Shown piece after piece: positions 1-10,374 of a DNA stretch of 64,000 nucleotides. This DNA is from an uncultured Chloroflexia bacterium. Its GTDB lineage: Bacteria; Chloroflexota; Limnocylindria; Limnocylindrales; CSP1-4. The notes beneath the pieces were generated by a model. The model saw nothing but the letters and a program-made list of their open reading frames with translations. It was not told the origin of the DNA and made no database searches. How positions within the stretch are numbered: position 1 is the stretch's first letter; every line of letters starts with the position of its first letter. The stretch is taken from contig OY970218.1 in NCBI GenBank assembly GCA_963713975.1, positions 3,008,001 to 3,072,000 of the forward strand, in the 5' to 3' direction. The translations under genes and the position numbers were made by a program.

Positions 1-826
1 TAGCCGCCTGTCGGAGAACCAGCGGGCCTTCGAGGCGACGCTGGCATCCATCCGCCGCCAGGAGGGCGAGATCGCCGAGGCGGTCGAACGGGCCCGCGCT
101 GCCGAGGTGAAGGCGGCAGATGCCCTGCGTTCGGCGGACGAGGAGCGGCGTCGCGCCCGCCGTGAGCGCGACGAGGCGGTCAAGTCGGCTCGTGACGAGG
201 CGGAGCGCCTGGTGGCCGGTCTCAAGGATGATGTGGCGGGCGTCCGTCGTCGCCTGGAGCGCGAGACCGTCACCGCGCCGGCGATCGACGCGGCCCTGGC
301 CCGCGCGGAGCAGACCCTGGAGCGCCTGCCCGAGGCGCAGCCCGCGCCGCAGCGGATCGACCCGGTCGCGCCCCGGACGTGGGGGCTGGGCGAGCGCGCC
401 CGGAGCCGCAGCGGCGGCTGGGAAGGCCGCATCGCGGCGCTCGAGAAGGGCGGTACCCGGGCGACGCTCGAGGCGGGAGGCATGCGGGTCTCGGTCGCCG
501 TGGCCGACCTCGAGCCCGCGCTCGGCGTCGCTGCAGGCGAACCCTCGGGTGGGATCTCGAACCTGCGTCTGGACCGCGCCCGGACGGTGGCCTCGTCGCT
601 GGACCTGCGCGGCGCCCGAGTGGACGAGGCCCTCGAGGCACTAAGCCGCTACCTCGACGACGCGTCGCTGGCCGGCCTCGAGCAGGTGACGATCATCCAC
701 GGCCTCGGAACGGGAGCGCTGCGGGACGCGGTGCGGGAACAGGCCGGTTCCCACCCGCTCGTCAAGGACTTCCGGGCCGGAGGACGGGGCGAGGGGGGCG
801 ACGGCGCCACGATCGTCCGGCTCTGA
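1..826 (+). CDS. mutS2: MutS2 family endonuclease, C-terminal part (coiled coil, KOW-like region, Smr domain); 5' end lies outside the window
   Basis: C-terminal Smr motifs LDLRGARVDEA...IIHGLGTGALR...GEGGDGATIV; frame is open to the window edge. Confidence 0.9.
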   Translation, partial: SRLSENQRAFEATLASIRRQEGEIAEAVERARAAEVKAADALRSADEERRRARRERDEAVKSARDEAERLVAGLKDDVAGVRRRLERETVTAPAIDAALARAEQTLERLPEAQPAPQRIDPVAPRTWGLGERARSRSGGWEGRIAALEKGGTRATLEAGGMRVSVAVADLEPALGVAAGEPSGGISNLRLDRARTVASSLDLRGARVDEALEALSRYLDDASLAGLEQVTIIHGLGTGALRDAVREQAGSHPLVKDFRAGGRGEGGDGATIVRL

Positions 827-857
827 GCCCCCGACGAGGCTCCGGACGACCGCCGGA

Positions 858-3590
858 TTACGGCTTCGGGGTCGGCTTGGGCGTCGGCTTGGGTTTGCCG
901 CCGCCGGCCGCGGGCGATGGCGTGACGGCCGGCTCGGGCGCCAGGGTCGGGCACGGTGACGCCGGGTCCGTGGATACGCAGACGGTTGGTTCCGGCGGAC
1001 CGATGGGGCACTTCTTGGTCGGAGCGAACGAACCACCCCAGCTGCTCCCGAACGGGTAGAACCCACCGCCGTAGAAGTAGGCCGTGCGGTTGCCTTTGGG
1101 GCCACCCGAGACACCGGCCCCCCGCGCCGCTCGAGCCTGCCAGCCCGCGTCGGCCTTCTGCCACGACGCGAAGCCCGTCTCGGCCTGGCTGTAGTCGATG
1201 AACGACTTGGTCACCATGGGGCCGACGCATCCCTCGCGCCACAGGAGACCGCTGGCCTGGTCCACGTCGACGGCTCGCGAATAGCTGGCCGACTTGGTGG
1301 GCGCGGTGCCGGGGAGGAACAGCTCGTCAACGGTCTTGCGCGTGGTCGATCCGGGGCGCATGCCGGTGAACGCGTCCACCTTCGCCGTGACGAGGCCCTT
1401 GGGCTTCGTGCGTGCGAAGCCCTCGATCGGCATCCCCTTGGACACGTCGGACAGGATCGCGGACCAGAGCGGCGCGGAGGTGTCCAGCGAGAGCTTGCCG
1501 TCGTTGGGCGAGTTGTCCGAGTTGCCCATCCAGACCCCAGCCACGAGGCCCGGCAGCTTCTTGTCGGAGGGGGCGGCCAGGTATCCGTAGGCATGCACGT
1601 CGACGTTTTCGTTGGTCGTGCCGGTCTTGTACGCCGCCGGCCGGGACTTGGAGCCCGTCACGCCGTCGGTGATCTTCCACTTGGCCCAGAACGGGTTGAC
1701 CGAGTTGATCGAGTTGCCGGCCAGGATGTCCGTGATGATGTAGGCGGCCTGCCGTGATGCGGCCCGCGTCCCGGTCTGCTTGAGGTCCTTAGGCGGCCAG
1801 ACCTGCGCGCCGTCGGCATCCAGCACCTGGACGATCGTGTGGCGGGGCATGAGCACGCCTCCGTTGGCGATCGCGCCAAAGGCGCTGATCATGTCGATCG
1901 AGTGCACCCCCAGCGTGCCGATCCCCTCGGAGGCAACCGGCACGGTCCCCGATTGATAGCGGATGCCGAAGTCCTTGGTCCGCTCGAACTGGTGCTCGAG
2001 GCCGTTGATGAAGCTGGACTTGATGGCCGGGATGTTGAGCGAGAACTGCAGGGCGTTGCGGAGCCTGACCGGGCCGCGCTCCAGGCCGTCCGCAGACGTG
2101 GGCAGGTACGGCTTGGCGCCAGACGGGGCGAAGTTGGTCACGACGTCCATGAACATCGTCGATGCGGTCATCACCTTGTCGTCGATCCCGATGAGATAGC
2201 CCAGCGGCTTGATCGAGGACCCGGGCTGGCGCCAGCCGTTCGAGAGCACGTCGAACTGGGGCTGCATCTTCTTGCTGCCCTTGCCCGTATAGGAGGCCGA
2301 ACCTGCGTAGGCCAGGATCTCGCCGGTGCGGTAGTCCACGACACCTGATGCGGCATTGTGGATGTTGTGGCCGCGGAGGCCCTTGATCCAGCCCCACTCG
2401 CTGCGGGGGATCCCACGGGCCTTGAGGACGGCATCGGGGTTCTTGGCGTTCGGGATGATCGCCGCCGCGTAGACCCACTTCTCGACGATTCGCTGCATCC
2501 GGTAGTCGAGGCTGGTGATCACCGTGTAACCGCCGGTATCGATCTTCTCGCACTGCGCTTCGCCGCACAGGAGCTGGCCCAGCTCATCGCGGACCTGCCA
2601 CACGAAGTGCGGGGCGCGCCACTTGTCGGTCGTCTGCGATGCCAGGACGACCGGTTCGACCTTGGCGGCCTCGAAATCCGCGTCCGTGTACTGGCCCTTC
2701 GTGAGCACGGTGCGCGTCTTCATGAGCTCGAGGATCTGGTTGCGACGCGCGACGACGGCCGTGTCGGGGGGGACGACGAAGCGGGTCTGCGTCTTGCCGT
2801 CCGCGTCCGTGTACTCCTCCTCCACGGCGTTCTGGACAAGGTCGTAGTTGGTGGGCGACTTGGGGATGCCGGCCAGGAGCGCGTACTGGGCGAGGGTGAG
2901 GTCGTTGAGATCCTTGCGCCAGTAGCTCTGGGCGGCGGCCGCAACGCCGTAGCTGCGGTTCCCGTAGAAGTTGTTGTTGAGGTAGGACTCCATGATCAGC
3001 TGCTTGCCGTCGGTCCCGGGGTAGGCATCGGTCAGGCGGATCGACTGGATGATCTCGCGCAGCTTGCGCTGGTACTTGTCGGAGCCCGCCTCCACGTCCG
3101 CGGCGGGCAGCAGGCGGCTGCGAACAAGCTGCTGGGTGATCGTGGAGCCTCCGCGATCGTTGCCCTGGAGGGTATCGACGGCGGCGGAGACGAACCCGAT
3201 CGGGTCGAACCCGGAGTTGTCCCAGAACGTCTTGTCCTCGATGGCCGTGGTGGCATCGATCAGGGTTGGCGGAATGTCGGCGTACTTCCGAAGCTCGCGG
3301 CGATCCGAGCCGAGACGAGCAAGCAGGACCTTGCCGGTCTTGTCGTACACGGCCGTCTGCTGGTCGTACTCGATCGCCTCCAGGGCCTGCTTCGGGTCCG
3401 GGAGATCCTTGGACAGGTACGAGTAGCCGGCCACGGCCGTGCTGGCCCCGACCAGGCCGATCGTGGCCAGGGTCAGGAACAGGAACAGGGGGATGGCGAC
3501 CGCGACGTACTTGGCGGCGCCGCTTCCGCGAGGGCGGCGCTTGTCGCCGAGTCGGCGGCGGCGCTGCCTCCGGGCGAGGCTGGTCTGCAT
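858..3590 (-). CDS. Class A penicillin-binding protein (transglycosylase + transpeptidase)
   Basis: N-terminal TM helix, transglycosylase motifs EDKTF and GGSTITQQL, transpeptidase SSIK, SLN and KTG motifs; Pro/Lys-rich C-terminal tail. Confidence 0.93.
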   Translation of the reverse strand: MQTSLARRQRRRRLGDKRRPRGSGAAKYVAVAIPLFLFLTLATIGLVGASTAVAGYSYLSKDLPDPKQALEAIEYDQQTAVYDKTGKVLLARLGSDRRELRKYADIPPTLIDATTAIEDKTFWDNSGFDPIGFVSAAVDTLQGNDRGGSTITQQLVRSRLLPAADVEAGSDKYQRKLREIIQSIRLTDAYPGTDGKQLIMESYLNNNFYGNRSYGVAAAAQSYWRKDLNDLTLAQYALLAGIPKSPTNYDLVQNAVEEEYTDADGKTQTRFVVPPDTAVVARRNQILELMKTRTVLTKGQYTDADFEAAKVEPVVLASQTTDKWRAPHFVWQVRDELGQLLCGEAQCEKIDTGGYTVITSLDYRMQRIVEKWVYAAAIIPNAKNPDAVLKARGIPRSEWGWIKGLRGHNIHNAASGVVDYRTGEILAYAGSASYTGKGSKKMQPQFDVLSNGWRQPGSSIKPLGYLIGIDDKVMTASTMFMDVVTNFAPSGAKPYLPTSADGLERGPVRLRNALQFSLNIPAIKSSFINGLEHQFERTKDFGIRYQSGTVPVASEGIGTLGVHSIDMISAFGAIANGGVLMPRHTIVQVLDADGAQVWPPKDLKQTGTRAASRQAAYIITDILAGNSINSVNPFWAKWKITDGVTGSKSRPAAYKTGTTNENVDVHAYGYLAAPSDKKLPGLVAGVWMGNSDNSPNDGKLSLDTSAPLWSAILSDVSKGMPIEGFARTKPKGLVTAKVDAFTGMRPGSTTRKTVDELFLPGTAPTKSASYSRAVDVDQASGLLWREGCVGPMVTKSFIDYSQAETGFASWQKADAGWQARAARGAGVSGGPKGNRTAYFYGGGFYPFGSSWGGSFAPTKKCPIGPPEPTVCVSTDPASPCPTLAPEPAVTPSPAAGGGKPKPTPKPTPKP

Positions 3591-3685
3591 TGCGGTCGGA
3601 ACGATACCATGAGGAGAATGAACGCCCGAACGACCTGTCCGGACCTCGTGAACGACGATCCTGGACCCGACGCTGTGACGCCCGC

Positions 3686-4999
3686 GTGACTGTTTCCGAT
3701 CCCGCGGACCCCACGCTGGGACTCGGCACGCTGCTCGACGAGCTCGCCTGGCGCGGCATCCTGCAGGCCACGACGCCCGGCCTGCCCGAGCGCCTGGCCT
3801 CCGGGCGGCCCATCAGCGCCTACATCGGCTTCGACCCCTCGGGCGAATCCCTGCACGTTGGGCACCTGATCCCCATCTTCGGCCTGATCAGGCTCCAGCA
3901 GCACGGCGGCAAGCCGGTGGCGCTGGTGGGTGGCGGCACCGGGATGATCGGGGACCCATCGGGACGATCCTCGGAGCGGAACCTGCTGGATGCGGCCACG
4001 CTCGAGCACAACGTCGCGGCGATCGGCGCCCAGCTGGAGCGTTTCCTCGACTTCTCCCCCGGCCCGACCCAGGCCGTGATGGCGAACAACCACGACTGGC
4101 TCGGGAAGCTCAGCCTGATCGACTACCTGCGCGACGTCGGCAAGCACTTCACCGTGCCATACATGCTTGCCAAGGATTCGGTCCAGACCCGCCTGGAGCG
4201 GGGTCTCTCGTTCACCGAGTTCAGCTACATGACCCTCCAGGCATTCGACTTCGCGACCCTCTACCGGGAGCACGGCGTCGAGCTGCAGATGGGCGGTGCG
4301 GACCAGTGGGGCAACATCACCGCGGGCCTGGAGCTGATCCGGCGGACAGCCGGGGGCGCGGGCGATGAGAGCCCGGCCCACGGCATCGCCTACAGGCTGC
4401 TGCTCTCGCCGTCGGGCACGAAGTTCGGCAAGAGCGAGGATGGCGACTCCGTCTGGCTCGATCCGGCCCGGACGACCCCGTACGCGTTCTACCAGTACTG
4501 GGTCAACGTCGACGATCGCGACGCGGCGACGTACATGCGCTGGTTCACCACGTGGAGCCGCCCGGAGATCGAGGCGCTTGACGCCGCGATCGAGGAGCGC
4601 CCCGAGGCACGCGAGGCACAGCGCAGGCTCGCGGTCGATGTCACGGAGCGCGTCCACGGCCCGGCCGCCGCGCAGCAGGCGGTGGCGGTCTCCGCTGCGC
4701 TCTTCCAGCGTGAACCGGTGACCGATCCCGGCCTCCTGGCATCCGTCTTCGCCGCCACCCAGGGCCCATCGGTCACGCCGCAGGTCGCGGACGCCGGTGC
4801 CGCGGTCCTGCTCGCCGAGGCCGGGCTGGCACCATCGCGCGGCGAGGCGCGCCGCCTGGTGCAGGGTGGTGCGATCACGATCAACGGCGTCCGGATCACA
4901 GACGCGGCCGCAAGCCTGCCGGGGGCCATCGGCGGCGAATGGCTCGAAGTCCGCGTCGGCAAGCGCAACCGCGCGGTCGTGAGGATCGCCGGCGGCTGA
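3686..4999 (+). CDS. tyrS: Tyrosine--tRNA ligase
   Basis: YIGFDPSGESLHVGH (HIGH-like), QMGGADQWGNI, KFGKS motif, C-terminal S4-like domain; GTG start at 3686 inferred. Confidence 0.96.
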   Translation: MTVSDPADPTLGLGTLLDELAWRGILQATTPGLPERLASGRPISAYIGFDPSGESLHVGHLIPIFGLIRLQQHGGKPVALVGGGTGMIGDPSGRSSERNLLDAATLEHNVAAIGAQLERFLDFSPGPTQAVMANNHDWLGKLSLIDYLRDVGKHFTVPYMLAKDSVQTRLERGLSFTEFSYMTLQAFDFATLYREHGVELQMGGADQWGNITAGLELIRRTAGGAGDESPAHGIAYRLLLSPSGTKFGKSEDGDSVWLDPARTTPYAFYQYWVNVDDRDAATYMRWFTTWSRPEIEALDAAIEERPEAREAQRRLAVDVTERVHGPAAAQQAVAVSAALFQREPVTDPGLLASVFAATQGPSVTPQVADAGAAVLLAEAGLAPSRGEARRLVQGGAITINGVRITDAAASLPGAIGGEWLEVRVGKRNRAVVRIAGG

Positions 5000-5009
5000 C
5001 GGATCCGGC

Positions 5010-5777
5010 TCAGCCCGCCGCGGACGACCCATGGCGTTCGCGAAGGACGTCCAGCACGGCGCGTGGCTCCAACCCCCGCTCCGCGAGCAGCACGAGCGCG
5101 TGGTACACGAGGTCGCCTGCCTCGCCGGCAAGGAGCGGCAGGGTCTCCGTGCGGGCCGCGCCTGCCGTCTCGGCCGCCTCGTCGTTCTTGGCCGCGAGCA
5201 GGACCTCGGTTGCCTCCTCGGTGACCTTCCGGCCGACGAGGTCGACCCCTCCCTCGAGGAGGGTGACGGTGTACGAGCCCGCGGGCCGCATCGCCGCCCG
5301 TCCTGCGATGGTCGCCCACAGCGACTCCAGCCAGGCGAAGCCCTGGGAGCCCGGACCGGCCATGGGGGCGTCGAACGTGCCCGGGCCGCCGGGAGCCTCC
5401 GGCTCCACGGCTTCCGAGATGGCGTCGGGATCGAAGCAGGATCGCGTGTCACGGTGGCAGGTCGGGCCGTCGGGCTCCGCCCCGATCAGCAGTGCGTCAC
5501 CGTCGCAGTCCAGGGCGAGCGACCGGAGCCGCAGCACATGTCCCGACGACTCGCCCTTGCGCCACAGCCGGCCGCGCGACCTGGAGTGGAAGTGCACGTC
5601 GCCGGTGCCCAGCATCGCGGCCAGCGCCTCGACGTCCAGCCAGCCCACCATCAGCACCCGGCCGTCGGCGACGTCCTGGACCACGCCGACGACCAGGCCC
5701 GACGCGTCCCAATAGATGGTGGCAGGATCGACGCCCAGTTCGAGGTCGACCGGACCGGGGCTGGTTCGCGGCATCAC
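5010..5777 (-). CDS. hisIE: Bifunctional phosphoribosyl-AMP cyclohydrolase / phosphoribosyl-ATP pyrophosphatase
   Basis: [27 protein letters not shown]...SCF (HisI); [16 protein letters not shown] (HisE); his operon context. Confidence 0.93.
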   Translation of the reverse strand: MMPRTSPGPVDLELGVDPATIYWDASGLVVGVVQDVADGRVLMVGWLDVEALAAMLGTGDVHFHSRSRGRLWRKGESSGHVLRLRSLALDCDGDALLIGAEPDGPTCHRDTRSCFDPDAISEAVEPEAPGGPGTFDAPMAGPGSQGFAWLESLWATIAGRAAMRPAGSYTVTLLEGGVDLVGRKVTEEATEVLLAAKNDEAAETAGAARTETLPLLAGEAGDLVYHALVLLAERGLEPRAVLDVLRERHGSSAAG

Positions 5778-6571
5778 GCGCCCACCGTCTGGTCCAGGCG
5801 CCGAACCGGCAGACCGGCGGCGGCCATGACGTCCTTCACCTCCACGACGGTGTACTCCGAGCGGTGGAAGATGCTGGCGGCGAGGATGGCATCGGCCCCA
5901 CCGTCACGGACGGCCGTCACGAAGTCGTCCGGGCCGGCCGCACCACCCGAGGCGATCACTGGGACCGGCACACGCGAGCTGATCGCTCGCAGCAGCGCAA
6001 CATCGAAGCCGGCCTTGGTGCCGTCCCGGTCGATCGACGTCACCAGGAGCTCGCCGGCACCCAGCTCGACGGCCCGCAGGCTCCACTCGACGGCGTCCAG
6101 GCCCACGGCCTCGCGGCCGCCCTTGACCACGACCTCGTAGCCGGACGGGAACCCGGGACTGCCGGAGGCGACGAGACGGGCGTCGATGGCGACGACGACG
6201 GCCTGGCTACCGAAACGCGCCGCGCACCGGCTCACCAGCCCAGGGTCCGAGACGGCCTGGGTGTTCAGGCTGACCTTGTCCGCCCCCGCACGCAGGACGT
6301 CGCGCATGTCCTCCACGGACCGGACGCCGCCCCCGACGGTGAGCGGTACGAATGCCCGTCGCGCGGTGCGCTCCACGATGTCGAGCAGGGTCCCGCGACC
6401 TTCCGGCGCGGCGGAGATGTCGAGGAACACGAGCTCGTCGGCGCCCTCGCGCGCGTAGCGCTCGGCCAGCTCGGGGGGGTCGCCCTCGTCGACCAGGTCC
6501 ACGAAGTTGGTGCCCTTCACGACGCGACCGTTTGCGACGTCCAGGCATGGGATCACGCGGTGGCACAGCAT
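5774..6571 (-). CDS. hisF: Imidazole glycerol phosphate synthase subunit HisF
   Basis: RVIPCLDV...[26 protein letters not shown] motifs. Confidence 0.97.
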   Translation of the reverse strand: MLCHRVIPCLDVANGRVVKGTNFVDLVDEGDPPELAERYAREGADELVFLDISAAPEGRGTLLDIVERTARRAFVPLTVGGGVRSVEDMRDVLRAGADKVSLNTQAVSDPGLVSRCAARFGSQAVVVAIDARLVASGSPGFPSGYEVVVKGGREAVGLDAVEWSLRAVELGAGELLVTSIDRDGTKAGFDVALLRAISSRVPVPVIASGGAAGPDDFVTAVRDGGADAILAASIFHRSEYTVVEVKDVMAAAGLPVRRLDQTVGA

Positions 6572-7215
6572 CAGGCGTCACCCCCGGACAGGATGGAGAC
6601 GATGTTCGCGACGAGCCGCAGCCCGTTGCCTCCCGACCGCTCCGGATGGAACTGCACGCCCAAGAGGCGGCCCTTCGCGACTGCCGACACGAACCGCGAG
6701 CCGTGCACCGTCTCGGCGAGGATCACATCCGCCGCCGGCCCGGCCGGCACGCCCACGTAGGAGTGGACGAAGTAGAAATCCCCGTCGGCGGCGATGCCGG
6801 CGAAGGCCGGGTGGCTGCGGCGTCGCACGACCTGGTTCCAGCCGATGTGCGGGAGCGTCGGCGCGCCGGCCAGCCGGACCGTGCGGCCGGGGAGGATGCC
6901 CAGCGTCTCGGCGCCGTCCTCGTCGCTGCCCTCGAACAGCAACTGGAGGCCGAGGCAGATCCCGAGAAAGGGGCGATCGGCAGTGATCCAGGCTCGGATC
7001 GGCTCGACGAACCCGCCGTCGCGCAACCGCTCCATCGCGGGCGCGGCTGCGCCGACACCCGGCACGACGAGCAGGTCCGGGGATCCGATCTCATCCGCGC
7101 TGACGGCGCGGTGGACCCGCGCGCCGGCGGTCGTGAACGCCTGGTCGATCGAGACGAGGTTGCCGGCACCGTAGTCGACGACGGCAACGCTGGGTGCGCG
7201 CGACGCTGCCGTCAA
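6571..7215 (-). CDS. hisH: Imidazole glycerol phosphate synthase subunit HisH
   Basis: [31 protein letters not shown] motifs; TTG start overlaps the hisB stop. Confidence 0.95.
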   Translation of the reverse strand: MTAASRAPSVAVVDYGAGNLVSIDQAFTTAGARVHRAVSADEIGSPDLLVVPGVGAAAPAMERLRDGGFVEPIRAWITADRPFLGICLGLQLLFEGSDEDGAETLGILPGRTVRLAGAPTLPHIGWNQVVRRRSHPAFAGIAADGDFYFVHSYVGVPAGPAADVILAETVHGSRFVSAVAKGRLLGVQFHPERSGGNGLRLVANIVSILSGGDA

Positions 7216-7838
7216 CCCAGGGATCCCTTGGTGGAGGCGACGCCGGTGCGGCGCGGGTCGGGCTCGCACGCCACGCGCAGCGCACGGCCGAGGGCCTTGA
7301 ACGCCGCCTCGCCCAGGTGGTGGTCGTTGCGGCCCGTGCCCCGCAGGTGGAGCGTGGCCCCGGCCGTGCGCGCGAACGACTCGAGCGCATGGTCCACCAA
7401 CTGCAGCGGCAGGGTGCCGGCACGCTCGGCGCGGAACGGCAGGTCGATCACGGCGTACGGGCGACCGCCGATGTCGATAACGGCCTGGGCGACCAATTCG
7501 TCCATCGGGACGGAGCTGTCCCCAAAGCGCCGGATGCCGGAACGGTCGCCGAGCGCCTCGGCGAACGCCGCCCCCAGCACGAGCGCGACGTCCTCCACGG
7601 TGTGGTGCTCATCGACGTGGAGGTCGCCGCTGGCCCGGATCTCCAGGTCGAACAGGCCATGGTGCGCAAGCGATCCGAGCAGGTGGTCGTAGAACCCGAT
7701 CCCGGTCTCGATGGCCGCCGTGCCGGACCCGTCGAGGTCGAGGGCGATCGCGATGTCGGTCTCGCGGGTGCGGCGAGCCACGCGGACACGGCGGCCCTCG
7801 CGCTCCTGGATGTCGAGCGTGCCGAGCGGCGTCGTCAT
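7212..7838 (-). CDS. hisB: Imidazoleglycerol-phosphate dehydratase
   Basis: RRTRETDI, DEHHTVED, NDHHLGEAAFKA, STKGSL motifs; monofunctional form. Confidence 0.96.
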   Translation of the reverse strand: MTTPLGTLDIQEREGRRVRVARRTRETDIAIALDLDGSGTAAIETGIGFYDHLLGSLAHHGLFDLEIRASGDLHVDEHHTVEDVALVLGAAFAEALGDRSGIRRFGDSSVPMDELVAQAVIDIGGRPYAVIDLPFRAERAGTLPLQLVDHALESFARTAGATLHLRGTGRNDHHLGEAAFKALGRALRVACEPDPRRTGVASTKGSLG

Positions 7839-9001
7839 TCTGGCGTCTCCACGGGAATCGGGGGCAGGGTGGGGGAGATCTCATTGGCCGCCTCGACGAG
7901 GCGGTCATCCTCGGCGGGATCGCGGACGGTGACCCGCAGGCAGTGCGCGAGCGGGTGTCCGTGCCCAAAGGTGCGCGGAACGAGGCCGCGACGCATCAAC
8001 GCCAGCGAGGCGGCCTCGGAGCGCTCGGCCGTGACCATGTCCAGAAGCAGGAAGTTCGTCACCGAGGGCTGTGGGCGCCAGCCGGCCGCGGCAAGCCCCT
8101 CCGCCAGACGGGGACGCTCACGCTCGACGCGCTCCACGTTGGCCCGCATCTCCGTGGGATCGCGCAGCGCCGCGGCGACCACGGTCGCTGAGATGGTGCA
8201 GATCGACCCGGGCGGCCGGTAGAGCGCGATGCGGCGCAACGTGTCCGGGGCGGCGACGGCGAAGCCCACGCGCAGGCCGGCCATCGAGTAGGCCTTGGAC
8301 GCCGTCCGCACCGCGACGAGGTTCGGATAGCGGGCCCGCAGGGGGATCACGCTCTGTCCGGTGAACTCGCTGTAGGCCTCATCCACGACGACCGCCGGCG
8401 CCGGCCGCCCATCGGCGGCGGCATCGGCTTCGAGGCCCTCGAGCAGCGTCTCGATGGCTCCCTCGGGCTCCGCCTGCCCGGTGGGGTTGTTGGGATTGCA
8501 GATCCAGACGAGGCGCGCGCTGCGGGCGGCCTCGCGGACGGCAGGCACGTCCATCGCCCAGCCACTGCCCGCGGACAGGCGCGGCACGGCGTTGACGTGA
8601 CCGCCGCGCTGCTCGGCATGGACCCGGTACATCGCGTAGGTCGGGGTCGAGATCACGGCCGCCGCCCCCGCCGGGAGGAAGGCCTTGGTACACATGTCCA
8701 GGATCTCGTCGGCGCCTGCGCCGGGCACCACCTCGGCGACGCTCACGCCATACGTCCGGGCGGCTTCCTCCACGAGGCTGCGGTAGTCGCCGGGCGGGTA
8801 CTCCGAGAGGCTCGTCTCGAACCGGCCGGCGGCCAGCAGGCCGGCCAGCATCAGCGGCGGGCGCGGCGAGGTGTTCAAGTCGAACCGCAGGACCTGCGCC
8901 ACCGGGATCCCGAAGCGCTCGGCAACCCCCTCGTCGGTGGCCTCCCAGCCATACGAGGCGGGATCGGTCGGGGAGGTGACCGCGAACGGGCTCGGGCTCA
9001 C
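7835..9001 (-). CDS. hisC: Histidinol-phosphate aminotransferase
   Basis: CNPNNPTG, VDEAY, RTASKAYSMAGLRVG (PLP lysine) motifs; his operon context. Confidence 0.92.
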   Translation of the reverse strand: MSPSPFAVTSPTDPASYGWEATDEGVAERFGIPVAQVLRFDLNTSPRPPLMLAGLLAAGRFETSLSEYPPGDYRSLVEEAARTYGVSVAEVVPGAGADEILDMCTKAFLPAGAAAVISTPTYAMYRVHAEQRGGHVNAVPRLSAGSGWAMDVPAVREAARSARLVWICNPNNPTGQAEPEGAIETLLEGLEADAAADGRPAPAVVVDEAYSEFTGQSVIPLRARYPNLVAVRTASKAYSMAGLRVGFAVAAPDTLRRIALYRPPGSICTISATVVAAALRDPTEMRANVERVERERPRLAEGLAAAGWRPQPSVTNFLLLDMVTAERSEAASLALMRRGLVPRTFGHGHPLAHCLRVTVRDPAEDDRLVEAANEISPTLPPIPVETPE

Positions 9002-10374
9002 CTGGCTCCCTCCTCGACGGTGTCGTCCGCAAAGCGGACCTCGATCGCATCACGGTGCGCCAGCAGCCCCTCGGCCTCGGCGAGCGTGCGGATGGCCGGC
9101 CGCAGCGTCGCAAGGCCCTCGCGCGTGATGCGCTGGACCTGGTTGAACTTGCCGAACGTGTCCACGGCCAGTGGGCCACAGCTGCGGGCGAGCCCCCCCG
9201 TCGGCAGCACGTGGTTGGCCCCCGACGCGTAATCGCCGGCGGCCTCCGGCGACCAGCGGCCGACGAAGATGGACCCCGCGTTTCGGATGGCCCCGACCGT
9301 CTCCTCGAGGTCGACGACATCGACCGAGAGATGCTCCGGTCCGTAGCCGTTGACGAACTCGATGCCCGCGGCGAGATCCGGCACCAGGACGATCCGGCCG
9401 TGGTCCGCGAGGGACCGGGCGAGGATGTCACGGCGCAGCGCCATCGCGAGGCGGCGGCGGACCTCGTTCTCGACCGCGTCCGCGAGGTCCGCGTCCGGGG
9501 TCACCAGGAGCGCCGGCGAGTCCGGGCCGTGCTCGGCCTGGGTGATGAGGTCCGCGGCGACCGTGACAGGGTCGGCGGAGGCATCGGCGAGGACCAGGCC
9601 CTCGGAGGGGCCGGCCGGCAGGTCGATCCCAACGTCGCCGACGAGCTCCACCTTGGCAGCGGTGACCCACGCGTTCCCCGGGCCCACGATGAGGTCGACA
9701 GGTGCCAGGCCATCGTCCGGGAGCCCATAGGCGAGGGCCCCCACCGCCTGGACGCCGCCCGCGACCAGCACGGCGTCGACGTTGAGGAGCCCGGCAGCGC
9801 CCAGGAGCACGGGGTGGACGTTGCCGTCGCGATCCGCCGGCGTGGCCACGACGACCGACGGCACGCCCGCAACCCGGGCCGGCACGACGGTCATGACCAG
9901 CGATGAGGGATACGGGGCGGAGCCGCCGGGCACGTATGCCCCGGCACGGGACACCGGCAGCCAGCGGCGTTCGATCTCGACGCCGGGCACGATCGTGGTA
10001 CGGGTCGAGACCGGCCGTTGGGCCTCGGCGAAGCGGCGGACGTTGGCGATCGCCGTGGTGAGGGCGTCCCGCTCCGGCGCGGACAGCGTGTCCGCCGCAC
10101 GCCGCAGCTCGTCGCGGCCGAGCAGCAGCCGGCCGTCGGGCCGGCCACCGCCGAACCGAGCCGAAGCCTCGCGGACCGCCGCAGCACCACGTTCGCGGAT
10201 GTCCCCCAGGATGCGGCGGGCCGCATCGCGGGTGGCGGGATCGGGCACGGCGCCACGCCGGAACAGCGCCTCGCGTGCCACCAGCGCCTCGGGATTCGGA
10301 GCGCGCAGGTCCAGGCGGCGGATGCGGAGCGCACCGTCGGACGCGGGCGACGCGGGAGCGACGGACCCGGTCAT
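8998..10374 (-). CDS. hisD: Histidinol dehydrogenase
   Basis: YVPGG, GPGNAWV, PAGPSE, QAEH, PEHL, GDYASGANHVLPT motifs; ATG at 10374 overlaps the hisG stop. Confidence 0.96.
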   Translation of the reverse strand: MTGSVAPASPASDGALRIRRLDLRAPNPEALVAREALFRRGAVPDPATRDAARRILGDIRERGAAAVREASARFGGGRPDGRLLLGRDELRRAADTLSAPERDALTTAIANVRRFAEAQRPVSTRTTIVPGVEIERRWLPVSRAGAYVPGGSAPYPSSLVMTVVPARVAGVPSVVVATPADRDGNVHPVLLGAAGLLNVDAVLVAGGVQAVGALAYGLPDDGLAPVDLIVGPGNAWVTAAKVELVGDVGIDLPAGPSEGLVLADASADPVTVAADLITQAEHGPDSPALLVTPDADLADAVENEVRRRLAMALRRDILARSLADHGRIVLVPDLAAGIEFVNGYGPEHLSVDVVDLEETVGAIRNAGSIFVGRWSPEAAGDYASGANHVLPTGGLARSCGPLAVDTFGKFNQVQRITREGLATLRPAIRTLAEAEGLLAHRDAIEVRFADDTVEEGAR

